From the NCBI RefSeq assembly GCF_009931435.1, contig NZ_CP043415.1: a stretch of 64,000 nucleotides of DNA; one strand, written 5' to 3'. Below the pieces are notes generated by a model. The model had not been told where the DNA came from. It worked only from the letters and a program-made list of their open reading frames with translations, and did not search any database. Below, one piece after another: positions 36,112 to 46,449 of this stretch. This DNA is from Escherichia coli. Lineage in GTDB: Bacteria > Pseudomonadota > Gammaproteobacteria > Enterobacterales > Enterobacteriaceae. The position numbers were made by a program, and so were the translations under genes. Position 1 is the first letter of the stretch, and each line of letters starts with the position of its first letter.

Positions 36112-36600
36112 ATCACCCGTTGAGTTTCGGGAGCCGCGGTTTTGACGTTTCGCGGGAACCTGCTGCTGTATTCCCTGTGGTATGAACTTCACCCGTTTGA
36201 GAACCTTCGCCGCAAGGGGCATCACTGCCACGGCCTGACGCACCTGTCCTGGGCAGAACGCAAAATTTTTTACCGGGTTTTGGGTAAAAAATTTTGTGGG
36301 CTGTTCATTTACCCTGGACAGTCAGTGCGGCAGGTTGTGGCTGTATGAGCCCCCGGCGACAGGGACTCATACGGGTGTGTGGCATCCGGCAGGCAATGAG
36401 CAGGGACCCGCCGCAATGACGGAGAGCGCGTGCGCGAAACGGCGTTGCGCCTCACATCCCGGCGGCCTTTTGCCGGGATGCCAGGAGCACAGGCCACGGC
36501 GCGACAAGGGTGGCGCGACCGTTCCGGTCGCTGCAAGCCCGGGGTTTTGCGGCGTCAGGGATGGAAGCCCGCCAGGGCGGAGACAGCTCCGCTGGCTCCG
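36112..36600 (-). repeat. Leading-region repeat copy C (diverged Frpo/ssi-like)
   Basis: Shares TTGAGTTTCGGGAGCCGCGGTTTTGACG, TTGAGAACCTTCGCCGCAAGGGGCATCACTGCCACGG and CCCGGCGGCCTTTTGCCGGGATGCCAGGAGC blocks with copies A and B. Confidence 0.65.
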
Positions 36601-36801
36601 TTCACGACAGCCCGCCCCGCAAGCGGGACGCCCGGGAAAGCCATAAACAGGAGAGCAACGAAAAGAAGAAGAGGAAGAAGAACAATAACAAGCACGGTAA
36701 CCACAGAAAAATAACATCAGAAAAAAACATTCCGGACACATCACAAACGGGAAGGGTAACGGGCGACGCGTCAGCGTGGCCCGCTTCCCTTCCGGCAGGC
36801 G

Positions 36802-37203
36802 TCAGCCTGCCAGGGGGGGTCGCGCGGGCTGACAGACGGCCTCCACCGCCTGCCCCTGTAACACAACGTCCATTGCTTCGCGTTCTTCCCTGACGAATGC
36901 GTCACCGTCGCCCCCGTTCTCACTCCCGACGGCATACAGGCGCTTCATTTCACTGCCAGCCAGCGCCATCACTTTTTCCAGCATCACCGCCGGAACTGTC
37001 ACCTGACGGCTGGCGCGCTTTTCTTCCATCAGTTCACGAACAACGTCATGAACAATGCTGACATCCGCACCATATTCAAAGGCATCGTCCAGCCGCTGCA
37101 TGACGGTTTCCAGCTCATCGTCTGACAGGTTCCAGTCCTGAGCCATATGGCGCACATCCCCACGGGTCAGCACCACGGCCAAAACGCATTCACTGTCCGG
37201 CAC
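36802..37203 (-). CDS. Conserved hypothetical protein, paralog of the 38947-39414 ORF
   Basis: 133 aa; shares the RQVTVPA motif and acidic character with the 155-aa ORF. Confidence 0.5.
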   Translation of the reverse strand: MPDSECVLAVVLTRGDVRHMAQDWNLSDDELETVMQRLDDAFEYGADVSIVHDVVRELMEEKRASRQVTVPAVMLEKVMALAGSEMKRLYAVGSENGGDGDAFVREEREAMDVVLQGQAVEAVCQPARPPLAG

Positions 37204-37292
37204 GTCTGTATCCAGTACATCGCGGATAATTTCTTTAACAGTACATGTTCTCGTCTTCTTTACAGGGGCGGCATTGCCGCCCCGTCCGTTAA

Positions 37293-37718
37293 TCAGTCCA
37301 GTGCCGCGTAAATCGCGTTACATTCGGGGTGAAATTCGATGTGGCTCCACAACTGCGCATCGCGCATCCGGTAAAGCTGGGTCAGTCCTGCATCCCCACT
37401 GTCGTGGTACAGCCACAACTGGCGGTTAATCACAAGGGAAGTCAGAATGATGCCTGCGGCATCGGCGCTGACCGTGCGGTCAAACCAGTTTTCACCGTTG
37501 ACCAGATGAAAACGGTCGCCATCCGGCATCATGTAACCGCCACCGTCCGGCAGGCGGATGAAGTGCCAGAATCCGCCTTCATATTCCGGCATCATTTTTT
37601 TCGCCAGCGCGTATACAGACGCTTCGGCATACAGAAAATCCAGGCCAAACAGGTAAGGCAGAAAAGACAGACGGTCGCACTCTTCAACGTTCAGAGTGAC
37701 AGGTTTCGCATACTGCAT
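37293..37718 (-). CDS. klcA: KlcA/ArdB-family antirestriction protein
   Basis: 141 aa, typical family length, with an [13 protein letters not shown]-type motif; leading-region location. Confidence 0.75.
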   Translation of the reverse strand: MQYAKPVTLNVEECDRLSFLPYLFGLDFLYAEASVYALAKKMMPEYEGGFWHFIRLPDGGGYMMPDGDRFHLVNGENWFDRTVSADAAGIILTSLVINRQLWLYHDSGDAGLTQLYRMRDAQLWSHIEFHPECNAIYAALD

Positions 37719-38131
37719 GATGTTTTCCTCCGTTGTTCACATATTCCGCGACACCGGGCGGTGCCGTGCCTCCATAAAAGCCGGGCGATAAGGCGGGGAT
37801 GCACAGGGCGCAAGGGAAGCCGCAGCCTGACGCACACGGCTGACGGGAGTTGGAGGGTGAGACAGCGAAATCTGAGCGGGTGAACGACCGGAAAATCACG
37901 GCAGACGGGAAGGAGGGACCGGGTGACCGCAGCGGCGAAGCGTACCCTTGCATCCCTGCCAGCCCGGCTAAGATGGAGGCACGGCACAGCCCGCACACGA
38001 CACGGCGGCCACATAACTGAAAATCCACAAGGCCATGCCCCGCATGGCTGGGTAAAGCGGAGCCGCCGGCGACTTCCTTTGTGCTCTGTCCGGGGACCGG
38101 CAGGAAAAAGGCGGGGATTTCCCCGCCATCA

Positions 38132-38902
38132 TCAGCCCCTGATTTTTGCCAGGGCATCCGCCATGCTGCGGATTTCATCCCGTGCCTCCAGAACAACCTC
38201 CCGCAGAATATCCCGGTCAAACCAGCGACGGGACGGTTCATCCGGTATACGCAGCACATCACAGACCAGACCACTGGCCAGGATATGCTCCACACACTCA
38301 CAGACCAGGTACATTTCCACAGAGGAAAAACGTGCGCCACGGTTCAGAATGGCATCGAGCACCACGGGCAGATTTTCGTCATCTTCATCAAGCCAGCAGG
38401 GGTAATCGCTTTCCTTCACAACCAGACGAAAGCGGCGCGTCTGGCGGGTCAGCAACGTCTGACCGGTGGTGGTCAGCGCCGCCCGGATACGCCGCGCATC
38501 GTCTGCCACCTGGTAACAGATGCTTCGTACTGCATTGCGCACCGCATCAAGAACTGCCCTGATTTCGTCTTCGGTCAGCCATTCACCGGCATACGGAAAA
38601 GACACCTGTGTTCCGTCTGCCGGAAGTACCGGCAGCGACTGCCACTGACTGCCGGACAGAACAAGTTCCGCCCCGGTTCCGGTCAGTTTCTGAATGGCGG
38701 AGGCCAGGTGCGGCGGCAGTACGCCATCGTGGCGGTTAACGAGTAACGTCGCCAGCCGGGGCGCATCCAGCCGCACGTAAATGCTGATCCAGCCCGGATA
38801 CTTCAGGTTACGCTGGTCAACATCCGTCTCTTCCGGCCAGCCCTGCGCCAGCAGCAGGTCGCGGGCATGACGACAAATCAGTGCATTCAGCGTTTTATTC
38901 AT
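38132..38902 (-). CDS. Conserved leading-region protein of unknown function, 256 aa
   Basis: ORF co-oriented with klcA; no recognisable motif. Confidence 0.5.
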   Translation of the reverse strand: MNKTLNALICRHARDLLLAQGWPEETDVDQRNLKYPGWISIYVRLDAPRLATLLVNRHDGVLPPHLASAIQKLTGTGAELVLSGSQWQSLPVLPADGTQVSFPYAGEWLTEDEIRAVLDAVRNAVRSICYQVADDARRIRAALTTTGQTLLTRQTRRFRLVVKESDYPCWLDEDDENLPVVLDAILNRGARFSSVEMYLVCECVEHILASGLVCDVLRIPDEPSRRWFDRDILREVVLEARDEIRSMADALAKIRG

Positions 38903-38946
38903 GATTCATGGTCTCCCTGAATCGCCGCCCGGAGGCGGCGATAACA

Positions 38947-39414
38947 TCAGTCGTTTTCGTGCGTGTTGTTTTTCAGCAGGATGCGGGCCTGATTAACCAC
39001 CGCCTGACGGCGGGTAACGCATTCCGGGACGGCGAGGCCGTAATCACGGGCGGCCCATTCACGCTTCCACAATGCCTGTTCAGCGGTCTGAATCAGGGAC
39101 GCCAGCAGTTCAGCAGGGACGGTCACCTGGCGGTTTTCGCTCACGTTGCTGATAATCTCCATCGCCGCGGCGGAAGAAATACCGGACTCAATTCGCTGGT
39201 CTTCCGGGATGTCCTCCAGGCGCGCCAGGACGGTCCTGATTTCATGATCGGACAGGGAAATATCCATTCCGTCAGCGAGGGCCTGAATCTCTTCCGGGGA
39301 CCAGACAACCAGCATCAACGGCGTGTCTCCCGGATACTTTGCTGCCAGCTCCCGGCATAGCGTTTCGCATGTTCCGTACATTCTCGTCTCCTTCTCAATC
39401 TTTAAAGCACGCAT
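38947..39414 (-). CDS. Conserved hypothetical protein, paralog of the 36802-37203 ORF
   Basis: 155 aa; shares RQVTVPAELL with the 133-aa ORF. Confidence 0.5.
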   Translation of the reverse strand: MRALKIEKETRMYGTCETLCRELAAKYPGDTPLMLVVWSPEEIQALADGMDISLSDHEIRTVLARLEDIPEDQRIESGISSAAAMEIISNVSENRQVTVPAELLASLIQTAEQALWKREWAARDYGLAVPECVTRRQAVVNQARILLKNNTHEND

Positions 39415-39616
39415 CCAGTTCCAGAATTTCGGTATATGCCTCCATCAGGAGGCGGTTTGCGCGAAACAACGTCTGACGCACCAGACGTTCCGGAAGGGTG
39501 TCAGCATTAAAGCTGTACCGCCGCTCCATCTCATTCATGGTTGTACGCAGGTCGCACATGGCATTGGCCACCTCCGCCACTTCGGCGCGAAGTTTTTCGT
39601 GTCCGGCATAGTGCAT
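39395..39616 (-). CDS. Hypothetical small protein
   Basis: 73-aa ORF whose start overlaps the stop of the upstream MTase gene; likely translationally coupled. Confidence 0.4.
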   Translation of the reverse strand: MHYAGHEKLRAEVAEVANAMCDLRTTMNEMERRYSFNADTLPERLVRQTLFRANRLLMEAYTEILELDACFKD

Positions 39617-40300
39617 TTACGCAGCCTCCGGCATAAACCAGTCATCATTCGCGGCCCCCTGCTGCATGGCCCGTTGCACGGCGGAAAGGCGTTGCTGCCC
39701 GGCACGGTGATACTGCTCAAGCAGCTCGATACCGATATACCGGCGTCCGGACTGGAGGGCGGCGACGCAGGTTGAGCCGCTGCCTGCAAACGGGTCCAGC
39801 ACAATTGCGTTCGGGTGTGTGAAGCTCTCAATCAGCGGTTGCAGGCTGGTAACGGGCTTTTCCGTCGGGTGATGGCGATTGCCCGAATATTTCCAGCCCA
39901 GCACGTCCGGCAGCGGGTTTTGTGGCAGACGTGGACGGCCTTTTGCCAGGATGTAGGCGCATTCGTGGCGATAGCCCACATATGCGGCCTTCGATGTGTA
40001 GTTTTTGGTGAAGACCAGGTGACCAACCACGCTGAATCCCGCATTTTTCCAGGCGGCCACAAAGCGATCGACGCGGTTCCAGCCATAGAAGCTGACCATC
40101 AGCGCATCTTTTTTGAGTACGCGGTACATTTCATTACAGGCCGGTTGCAGCCATTCATCGGTTTTATCGCCAGCGATGGTGCGCCCGGAACGGTCACGGA
40201 AACCGACGAGGTACGGCGGGTCGGTGAGGATGAAATCAATGGCGTTATCAGGGATACGGGCTATAACATCGATGCAGTTACCGAGGACAAAACGGGACAT
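39617..40300 (-). CDS. Orphan DNA methyltransferase (beta-class N6-adenine/N4-cytosine MTase)
   Basis: 227 aa; DPPY motif near the N-terminus and DPFAGSGST (SAM-binding) near the C-terminus; no cognate endonuclease nearby. Confidence 0.85.
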   Translation of the reverse strand: MSRFVLGNCIDVIARIPDNAIDFILTDPPYLVGFRDRSGRTIAGDKTDEWLQPACNEMYRVLKKDALMVSFYGWNRVDRFVAAWKNAGFSVVGHLVFTKNYTSKAAYVGYRHECAYILAKGRPRLPQNPLPDVLGWKYSGNRHHPTEKPVTSLQPLIESFTHPNAIVLDPFAGSGSTCVAALQSGRRYIGIELLEQYHRAGQQRLSAVQRAMQQGAANDDWFMPEAA

Positions 40301-40683
40301 ACAAAACGCCTTCTCTTACAGAGGGCACCGGGAGGGCACCCCTGTGGTGCCCGTTCCCCGCTGCCTGTGGGCTGTTCACCGCGTCCGGTAACGGGTCAGG
40401 CCGACCGTGGAATACCGCAGCCGTCGTCTGTTTGACGGCAAGGTTATGCCGCGAAAGCGGCTTGAAGGGCGTTCATCAGAAAAGGGCGACAGGCTGGCGT
40501 ACACTGTCACCGACGCCAGCCGGGAGCGGTAAAAGCGCCCGTCCCGTGCCCGCCGGACGCGGGACACTGACCACAGGCAGCGTTTATGCCGCGCCGCGTC
40601 AGCCGGCGCAGTAAAAAGAGGAGCATGGCGACATCCTTTACCGGAAAAGAAACGGGCAGTTGCCCGCCCGTCTCCGTCATACT

Positions 40684-41586
40684 TCATCCACCGTAATGCG
40701 CCACCTTGTCGACTATCCACGCAGGTCCGGTGACTTCCGGCAGCTCATCGTCATCTGTCGGGGAAGACCATTCCAGTTCCCCCCACAGCACATCAACAAG
40801 CTCTCCACGCTCATATCGCTGCCAGCCACAGAAATTGCAGCCCTGTTCGGCGTACCAGTGCTCCAGCGTGCAGCCGAAACGGCGGCTTAATTCTGCAACA
40901 ACGTCGCTTTCCGGCTGACACCACGGCGTGTCGAAATCCACCTGAATGAAGTTTTCCCCCTGACTGCTGATATTCAGGTCATACCCACAAGGCCACTTCA
41001 CGCCATACCGTTCTGTATACCAGTGATATGCAGAAGGAACACCGTTCAGAACACCACCGTTAAAGCCATTCACTTCAACATCCAGGCGGGTCGGCAGAAC
41101 CGTCAGCAGGTCAAACGGCATGGTTTTTTCCGGCACTACGTTGTCACACAGACGGTTCCACCACACCGATACATCCTCGTTACCCCAGATGTCACACCAG
41201 TCACCTCTTTTTGCGGTGAAATGCACAGTGATGGTTTCCCTGACATCATCCGGTAACCCTTCCCAGCGACGCTGTCCAGTACCGCTCTGCAGCCAGAGTT
41301 CATGCAGCATCAGGCAGTTTTGCTCATCCAGCAGTACACCGTTCTGCAGGTGTGTCAGCCAGCGGGTGAACGCGATATTTTCCGTCGATACAGCACCACG
41401 TCCGGCAGCCGTCACTCCGGGGCACTGCTCAGAGCGGATATTTTCAGTGATCTGCAGAAGTCCGGCACTTCCGGCCAGAAACAGCTGAATACCTTCATTT
41501 GTGGCGCGGCGATAAAACGGTGTGACTGCACCGCTGGCCCGTCGTTTAATCTCAGCAATCTGTGCCGGTTCACCAGAAAAATGCAT
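40684..41586 (-). CDS. Conserved leading-region protein of unknown function, 300 aa, Cys/Trp-rich
   Basis: ORF whose ATG (41584-41586) lies a few nt from the group II intron 3' end; no assigned function. Confidence 0.55.
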   Translation of the reverse strand: MHFSGEPAQIAEIKRRASGAVTPFYRRATNEGIQLFLAGSAGLLQITENIRSEQCPGVTAAGRGAVSTENIAFTRWLTHLQNGVLLDEQNCLMLHELWLQSGTGQRRWEGLPDDVRETITVHFTAKRGDWCDIWGNEDVSVWWNRLCDNVVPEKTMPFDLLTVLPTRLDVEVNGFNGGVLNGVPSAYHWYTERYGVKWPCGYDLNISSQGENFIQVDFDTPWCQPESDVVAELSRRFGCTLEHWYAEQGCNFCGWQRYERGELVDVLWGELEWSSPTDDDELPEVTGPAWIVDKVAHYGG

Positions 41587-41594
41587 ACGATCGG

Positions 41595-43995
41595 GTAGCA
41601 GTGATGCATTACTGCATCACCGCCCCCTAAGAACCGTACGTGCCAGTTTCCCGGCATACGGCTCAAGCCTTTCTAAGCCCACTCTCATGAGCCGGTTTCA
41701 CTACATGTATACCTTTCGCATGAACAAGTGTGTGACACATCGGATGCAGCATAATCAAATTGGAGAGGCAGTTGCTCCCTCCATCGACTCGCCGTATGAT
41801 GTGATGAACCTGCCACTGGGAATCAGATGTAATCCTCTCATCACATATGGGGCATCGGCCCCGCTGCTCAAACCAGATTTGAATGAGCTTTTTCCGTCCT
41901 TGCAGTTTGTGCCGCATTTTGTCTGCACAACGCTCCTCAAAGTACATCTCCCATTGAGGATCGAACGGATTAGCTGCAATTTTAATCGGTTTAAACCGGT
42001 TGATAGGCGTATCGATTGCTTTCCTCAGATTTGCATACTGAGGCTTACCGTTGGCAAGGAGTTCTCCGGTAGCCGTGGAGAAAGACCAGTTTCGGGCACC
42101 TTGTTGATGGAAATATCTTTTCCGAATCCACTTCTTTCCCTTATTGGGATGACGCCGAACAGCCCAACGCCATAAAGCCAGCCAGATCTCATTGTCAACT
42201 TTGTTAAATGCGACCTTGGCCACAATGTGTTGATGGTAAGCCGCCCACCCTTTGATCATTGGGTTCAGCATGCGGATCAACGTAAGCTGATCCATAGCTT
42301 TGTTGCCTTTGATTACAGCGCGTATTTTCTTTAAAAAGGAACTGACATTGGCTTTAGAGGGTTTGATCAGCATCTTACCGCCATATTTGCGAATGTTCTG
42401 TCCAAGAAAATCAAATCCTTCCTCGATATGTGTGATTTTCGTCTTTTCCGGAGAAAGCATTAATCCTCTTTCAGCCATAAACCGCCTGACGACGGGTAAT
42501 ACCTGAGACTCAAGAAGTTCTTTTGACTCTCCAGTGATAATAAAATCATCAGCATATCTCACATAGTTAACTTTCGGGTTAACCAATCGTCCCTTGACTG
42601 TTCTCTTTTTAAACTCCGAAGCAAGAAGCGCCTCCAGTCCATCCAGAGCAATGTTAGCCAGTACAGGAGAAATTATTCCCCCCTGAGGAGTTCCTGAATT
42701 TACAGGGAATAACTGCCCCTTTTCCCTGTAACCCGCTTTAAGCCACTTTGTCAGGATTTGTCTGTCTGTTGAGGTGTTATCGATTAGCCATTGATGAGAT
42801 ATATTGTCAAAGCATCCCCGTATATCCCCCTCAAGCACCCATTCAGCGGATGTTTTCTGCGCAAGAACACAGAAGCACTGTGCTATCGCATCTGCAGTAG
42901 ACCTTCCAGTCCGAAAGCCGAAGGATCTCTGGTCAGCAGTGACTTCAGCAACGGGCTCAAGAGCCAGCAAATACAACGCCTGCATCGCCCGATCCTTCAT
43001 AGTGGGTATCCCAAGGGGACGAGACTTCCCATTTGACTTAGGTATATAAACCCGCTTAAGTGGCTGTGGTTTGTAACCACGCCGTTTCAGCAGGTTAATA
43101 GCAAGAAATTTAACCTCCGGGGAAGACCATGTCTGACCATCAACCCCAGGAGTACGTTTCCCGCTATTCTCTGTAACTCGTCTGACAGCAACTGCTCTGC
43201 CACTAAACGAGTGAGTCAGTATCCATTGCAAGGATTTGACCTTGCCATGTTTACCTTCTCGTGTTGCCTTTACGATACGCGCTTGCAGTCTCCGCACTTC
43301 CCGATAGCACTGACGCCAGTTGATACTGTGCCAGGAGTCACCGTTAAGTAAGGACGCACCTTTACAGGTTGTAGCCTGCTCAGTCATCTGCTTTTCCTTT
43401 CTGGAAGATTACTCAAACTCTCTCGTAATGAAAGACCCAGTGGAAGTCTGCCCGCTTTCGCGTAGGGTAATGTTGCCGGGCTCAACCCTTATCCGGTCCA
43501 TTACAGACTGGCATTCGCTTTTTCCACCTTCTTTTACCCGCACCGCCAACAGTATCCCTTGCGGTTAACCTGCCTCACGAGGCAGCGATACGGGCTTACC
43601 ATGTTCCACCTGAATAACAACAGTAGGTTAGACTCTGCTCACAACACCGGTGGTTTATTGTCCGTGTACCCCTAGCAAACAGAGGAGTAACCAACCACAT
43701 ACCTTTTGGTTCAAGCCTGTCAGCATCTTTGGCTTGTTCTGGTTAACGACGCTTCAGCAGTTCACATATGTTAGTCATGCTACCGAGCCTAGACCTCCTC
43801 CGCCTGATGCTGGCAGATTACATGTAACCTCACGGTTTCATGCGATCCGAAGATCCGGTTTCATTGTCCTGACAGCTTCACACCCCACCGTTACCAGTGA
43901 CGCATGTGTCAGTAGGCTACTGATGACGGAACATCAGGTTCCCTGACGGAATCGAACTCCGCTGGAACAATTATTCAGGCGACTTCATGTCGCAC
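41595..43995 (-). mobile_element. Group II intron (~2.4 kb) with intron-encoded RT-maturase-HNH protein
   Basis: Minus-strand 5' end GTGCGACATG at 43995; domain V GAGCCGTATGCCGGGAAACTGGCACGTACGGTTC at 41664-41631 overlapping the ORF stop; domain VI-like hairpin follows. 3' boundary approximate. Confidence 0.8.
41663..43387 (-). CDS. Group II intron-encoded protein (reverse transcriptase / maturase / HNH endonuclease)
   Basis: 574 aa; RT motif YVRYADDFII, maturase X region, C-terminal HNH block (CPICDERI…HHIIRRVDGGSNCLSNLIMLHPMCHTLVH). Confidence 0.92.
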   Translation of the reverse strand: MTEQATTCKGASLLNGDSWHSINWRQCYREVRRLQARIVKATREGKHGKVKSLQWILTHSFSGRAVAVRRVTENSGKRTPGVDGQTWSSPEVKFLAINLLKRRGYKPQPLKRVYIPKSNGKSRPLGIPTMKDRAMQALYLLALEPVAEVTADQRSFGFRTGRSTADAIAQCFCVLAQKTSAEWVLEGDIRGCFDNISHQWLIDNTSTDRQILTKWLKAGYREKGQLFPVNSGTPQGGIISPVLANIALDGLEALLASEFKKRTVKGRLVNPKVNYVRYADDFIITGESKELLESQVLPVVRRFMAERGLMLSPEKTKITHIEEGFDFLGQNIRKYGGKMLIKPSKANVSSFLKKIRAVIKGNKAMDQLTLIRMLNPMIKGWAAYHQHIVAKVAFNKVDNEIWLALWRWAVRRHPNKGKKWIRKRYFHQQGARNWSFSTATGELLANGKPQYANLRKAIDTPINRFKPIKIAANPFDPQWEMYFEERCADKMRHKLQGRKKLIQIWFEQRGRCPICDERITSDSQWQVHHIIRRVDGGSNCLSNLIMLHPMCHTLVHAKGIHVVKPAHESGLRKA

Positions 43996-44409
43996 ATTTG
44001 AGCACCAGTTTGGCATGGGAATTCTCCTCTCACATGCGGCCTCCACCAGGCCGTGCCGCACCTGTAACCGGGCGACCGCATACGAATGCAGGTGCGGCCC
44101 CGAAGCCGCAGCGCGTGGAGGAGGAACGACGAAACGTGACCGGGTGAGGAGGCCGGCGACAGCGACACACTTGCATCGGATGCAGCCCGGTTAACGTGCC
44201 GGCACGGCCTGGGTAACCAGGTATTTTGTCCACAGAACCGTGCACAAAATGCTGTGGATAAGCTGGACACAGCCGTCCACAGCAGGCATACAGCCACACC
44301 CTCAGAGAATTGAGCGTTTTTTAGTCACAATAATGACATTTGACTGTGTGTGGATTCAGTTATTAGAATACTGTATATGCATACAGCAAAAGAAAAGGGA
44401 GATGAGAAC

Positions 44410-44658
44410 ATGATCCGCATTGAAATTCTTTTCGACCGCCAGAGCACAAAAAACCTCAAATCAGGCACACTTCAGGCGCTACAGAATGAAATCGAACGAC
44501 GTCTGAAACCACACTACCCGGAAATCTGGCTGCGTATAGACCAGGGCAGCGCCCCGTCTGTATCTGTCACAGGAGCCCGCAACGACAAGGATAAAGAACG
44601 TATCCTGTCTCTGCTGGAAGAAATCTGGCAGGACGACAGCTGGCTGCCTGCAGCATGA
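44410..44658 (+). CDS. impC: ImpC, small regulator of the impCAB mutagenesis operon
   Basis: 82 aa from MIRIEILFDRQSTKNLKSGTLQALQNEIERRLKPHYPEIWLRIDQGSAPSV…; SD AAGGGAGA upstream. Confidence 0.85.
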   Translation: MIRIEILFDRQSTKNLKSGTLQALQNEIERRLKPHYPEIWLRIDQGSAPSVSVTGARNDKDKERILSLLEEIWQDDSWLPAA

Positions 44659-45074
44659 GTACCGTTTATCACCGTCCGGCTGACCCTTCAGGCAATGACA
44701 GTTACGTGCGACCGTTGTTTGCCGATCGTTGCCAGGCCGGTTTTCCTTCGCCTGCCACTGATTATGCTGAGCAGGAACTGGATCTGAACAGCTATTGCAT
44801 CAGCAGACCTGCAGCCACCTTCTTTCTGCGCGCCAGCGGTGAATCGATGAACCAGGCTGGCGTGCAGAATGGTGATCTGCTGGTAGTGGACAGGGCCGAA
44901 AAACCACAACACGGGGACATCGTTATCGCTGAGATCGACGGGGAGTTCACCGTCAAACGACTGCTGTTGCGCCCACGCCCGGCACTGGAGCCGGTTTCAG
45001 ACAGCCCGGAGTTCCGCACACTGTATCCGGAAAACATCTGTATTTTTGGTGTTGTCACTCACGTTGTTCATTGA
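44655..45074 (+). CDS. impA: ImpA (UmuD-like), C-terminus altered by a deletion
   Basis: 139 aa with LexA-like cleavage-site region (RASGESM) and catalytic domain; ends …GVVTHVVH, shorter than expected for UmuD-family proteins. Confidence 0.85.
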   Translation: MSTVYHRPADPSGNDSYVRPLFADRCQAGFPSPATDYAEQELDLNSYCISRPAATFFLRASGESMNQAGVQNGDLLVVDRAEKPQHGDIVIAEIDGEFTVKRLLLRPRPALEPVSDSPEFRTLYPENICIFGVVTHVVH

Positions 45075-46031
45075 TTTGCGGGGGGTGAACCGTTGCATCT
45101 CTCCGGAGGTTTTTGGTCATCAGCTCAGGGAACAAGTAAAGAGCTGGACAGGACTCGCCATGGGGGTGGGCATTGCACCTACAAAAACGCTGGCCAAAAG
45201 TGCACAGTGGGCAACAAAGCAATGGCCACAGTTTTCCGGTGTGGTCGCGCTGACGGCAGAAAACCGTAATCGGACCTTCAAGTTACTGGGGCAGCAGCCT
45301 GTTGGTGAAGTCTGGGGAGTAGGACGCAGACTGACGGAAAAGCTGAATGCGCAGGGTATTAACACAGCGCAGCAGCTGGCGCAGGCTAACACGGCATTCA
45401 TCCGGAAAAACTTCAGCGTCATTCTTGAGCATACAGTACGCGAACTCAACGGCGAGTCCTGCATATCTCCGGAAGAAGCCCCACCGGCAAAACAGCAGAT
45501 TGTCTGTAGCCGCAGTTTTGGTGAACGAATCACAGACAAAGATGCCATGCACCAGGCTGTTGTTCAGTATGCAGAGCGGGCCGCAGAGAAACTACGTGGG
45601 GAGCGTCAGTATTGCCGGCAGGTGGCGACATTTATACGAACGTCACCCTTTGCAGTGAAAGCCCCTGTTACAGCAATTCCGCTGTGGAAAAGCTTCCATT
45701 GCCTACACAGGACAGCCGGGACATTATTGCCGCAGCATGCAGAGCGTTAAACCATGTCTGGCGTGAAGGGTACCGCTATATGAAGGCAGGAGTCATGCTG
45801 GCTGATTTCACACCATCGGGTATAGCGCAGCCGGGATTATTTGATGAAATCCAGCCCCATAAAAACAGCGAAAAGTTAATGAAAACACTCGATGAACTGA
45901 ACCAGTCGGGAAAAGGGAAAGTGTGGTTTGCGGGGCGAGGAACCGCCCCTGAATGGCAAATGAAACGGGAAATGTTGAGTCAGTGTTATACAACTAAATG
46001 GCGAGATATTCCCCTGGCCAGGCTGGGTTAG
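45070..46031 (+). pseudogene. impB: impB (UmuC-like Y-family polymerase), N-terminally deleted and frameshifted
   Basis: Translation aligns to UmuC only from about residue 100 (…GVGIAPTKTLAK…); reading frame shifts near 45650-45665, with the C-terminal part continuing in another frame (45612-46031). Confidence 0.8.
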
Positions 46032-46032
46032 T

Positions 46033-46449
46033 TCAGTCATCTCCGAACATATTTTCAGCGTTTCTTCTGGTCTGGTCTTCACCGTCATTTCTCGACAGAC
46101 TCTGCTCTGTAAGAGGAGTACTGCAATCCACAGACGTATGGAGACCAGATTGTTTTTCCAGTAATTCAAGCAATTTCTTTTCAACCGAAAAAGCACCTGG
46201 TATTACGCTGGAAATCACCTTATTAATATCATCCAGAGTCGTATTTTCTGTCAGTAACTCCGATATCAGCAAAGGAAGACGTTTATCTATAGCTGCAAAC
46301 GCCGCACCAGTAACTAACATCGCGCGCATGAAACGTCCCCGCTCCTTCAGTTTTTCATTTGCAATGAGCTCATCTGCTATCTTATCTCCTGTCCGTTCAT
46401 CCGGGAAAAGTTCAAATGAGCAGCGTCTGGATTTATTTTCATCACTCAT
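46033..46449 (-). CDS. parR: ParR/StbB-like partition adaptor protein
   Basis: Small protein downstream of parM with similarity to R1 ParR (…ELLTENTTLDDINKVI…). Confidence 0.75.
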   Translation of the reverse strand: MSDENKSRRCSFELFPDERTGDKIADELIANEKLKERGRFMRAMLVTGAAFAAIDKRLPLLISELLTENTTLDDINKVISSVIPGAFSVEKKLLELLEKQSGLHTSVDCSTPLTEQSLSRNDGEDQTRRNAENMFGDD

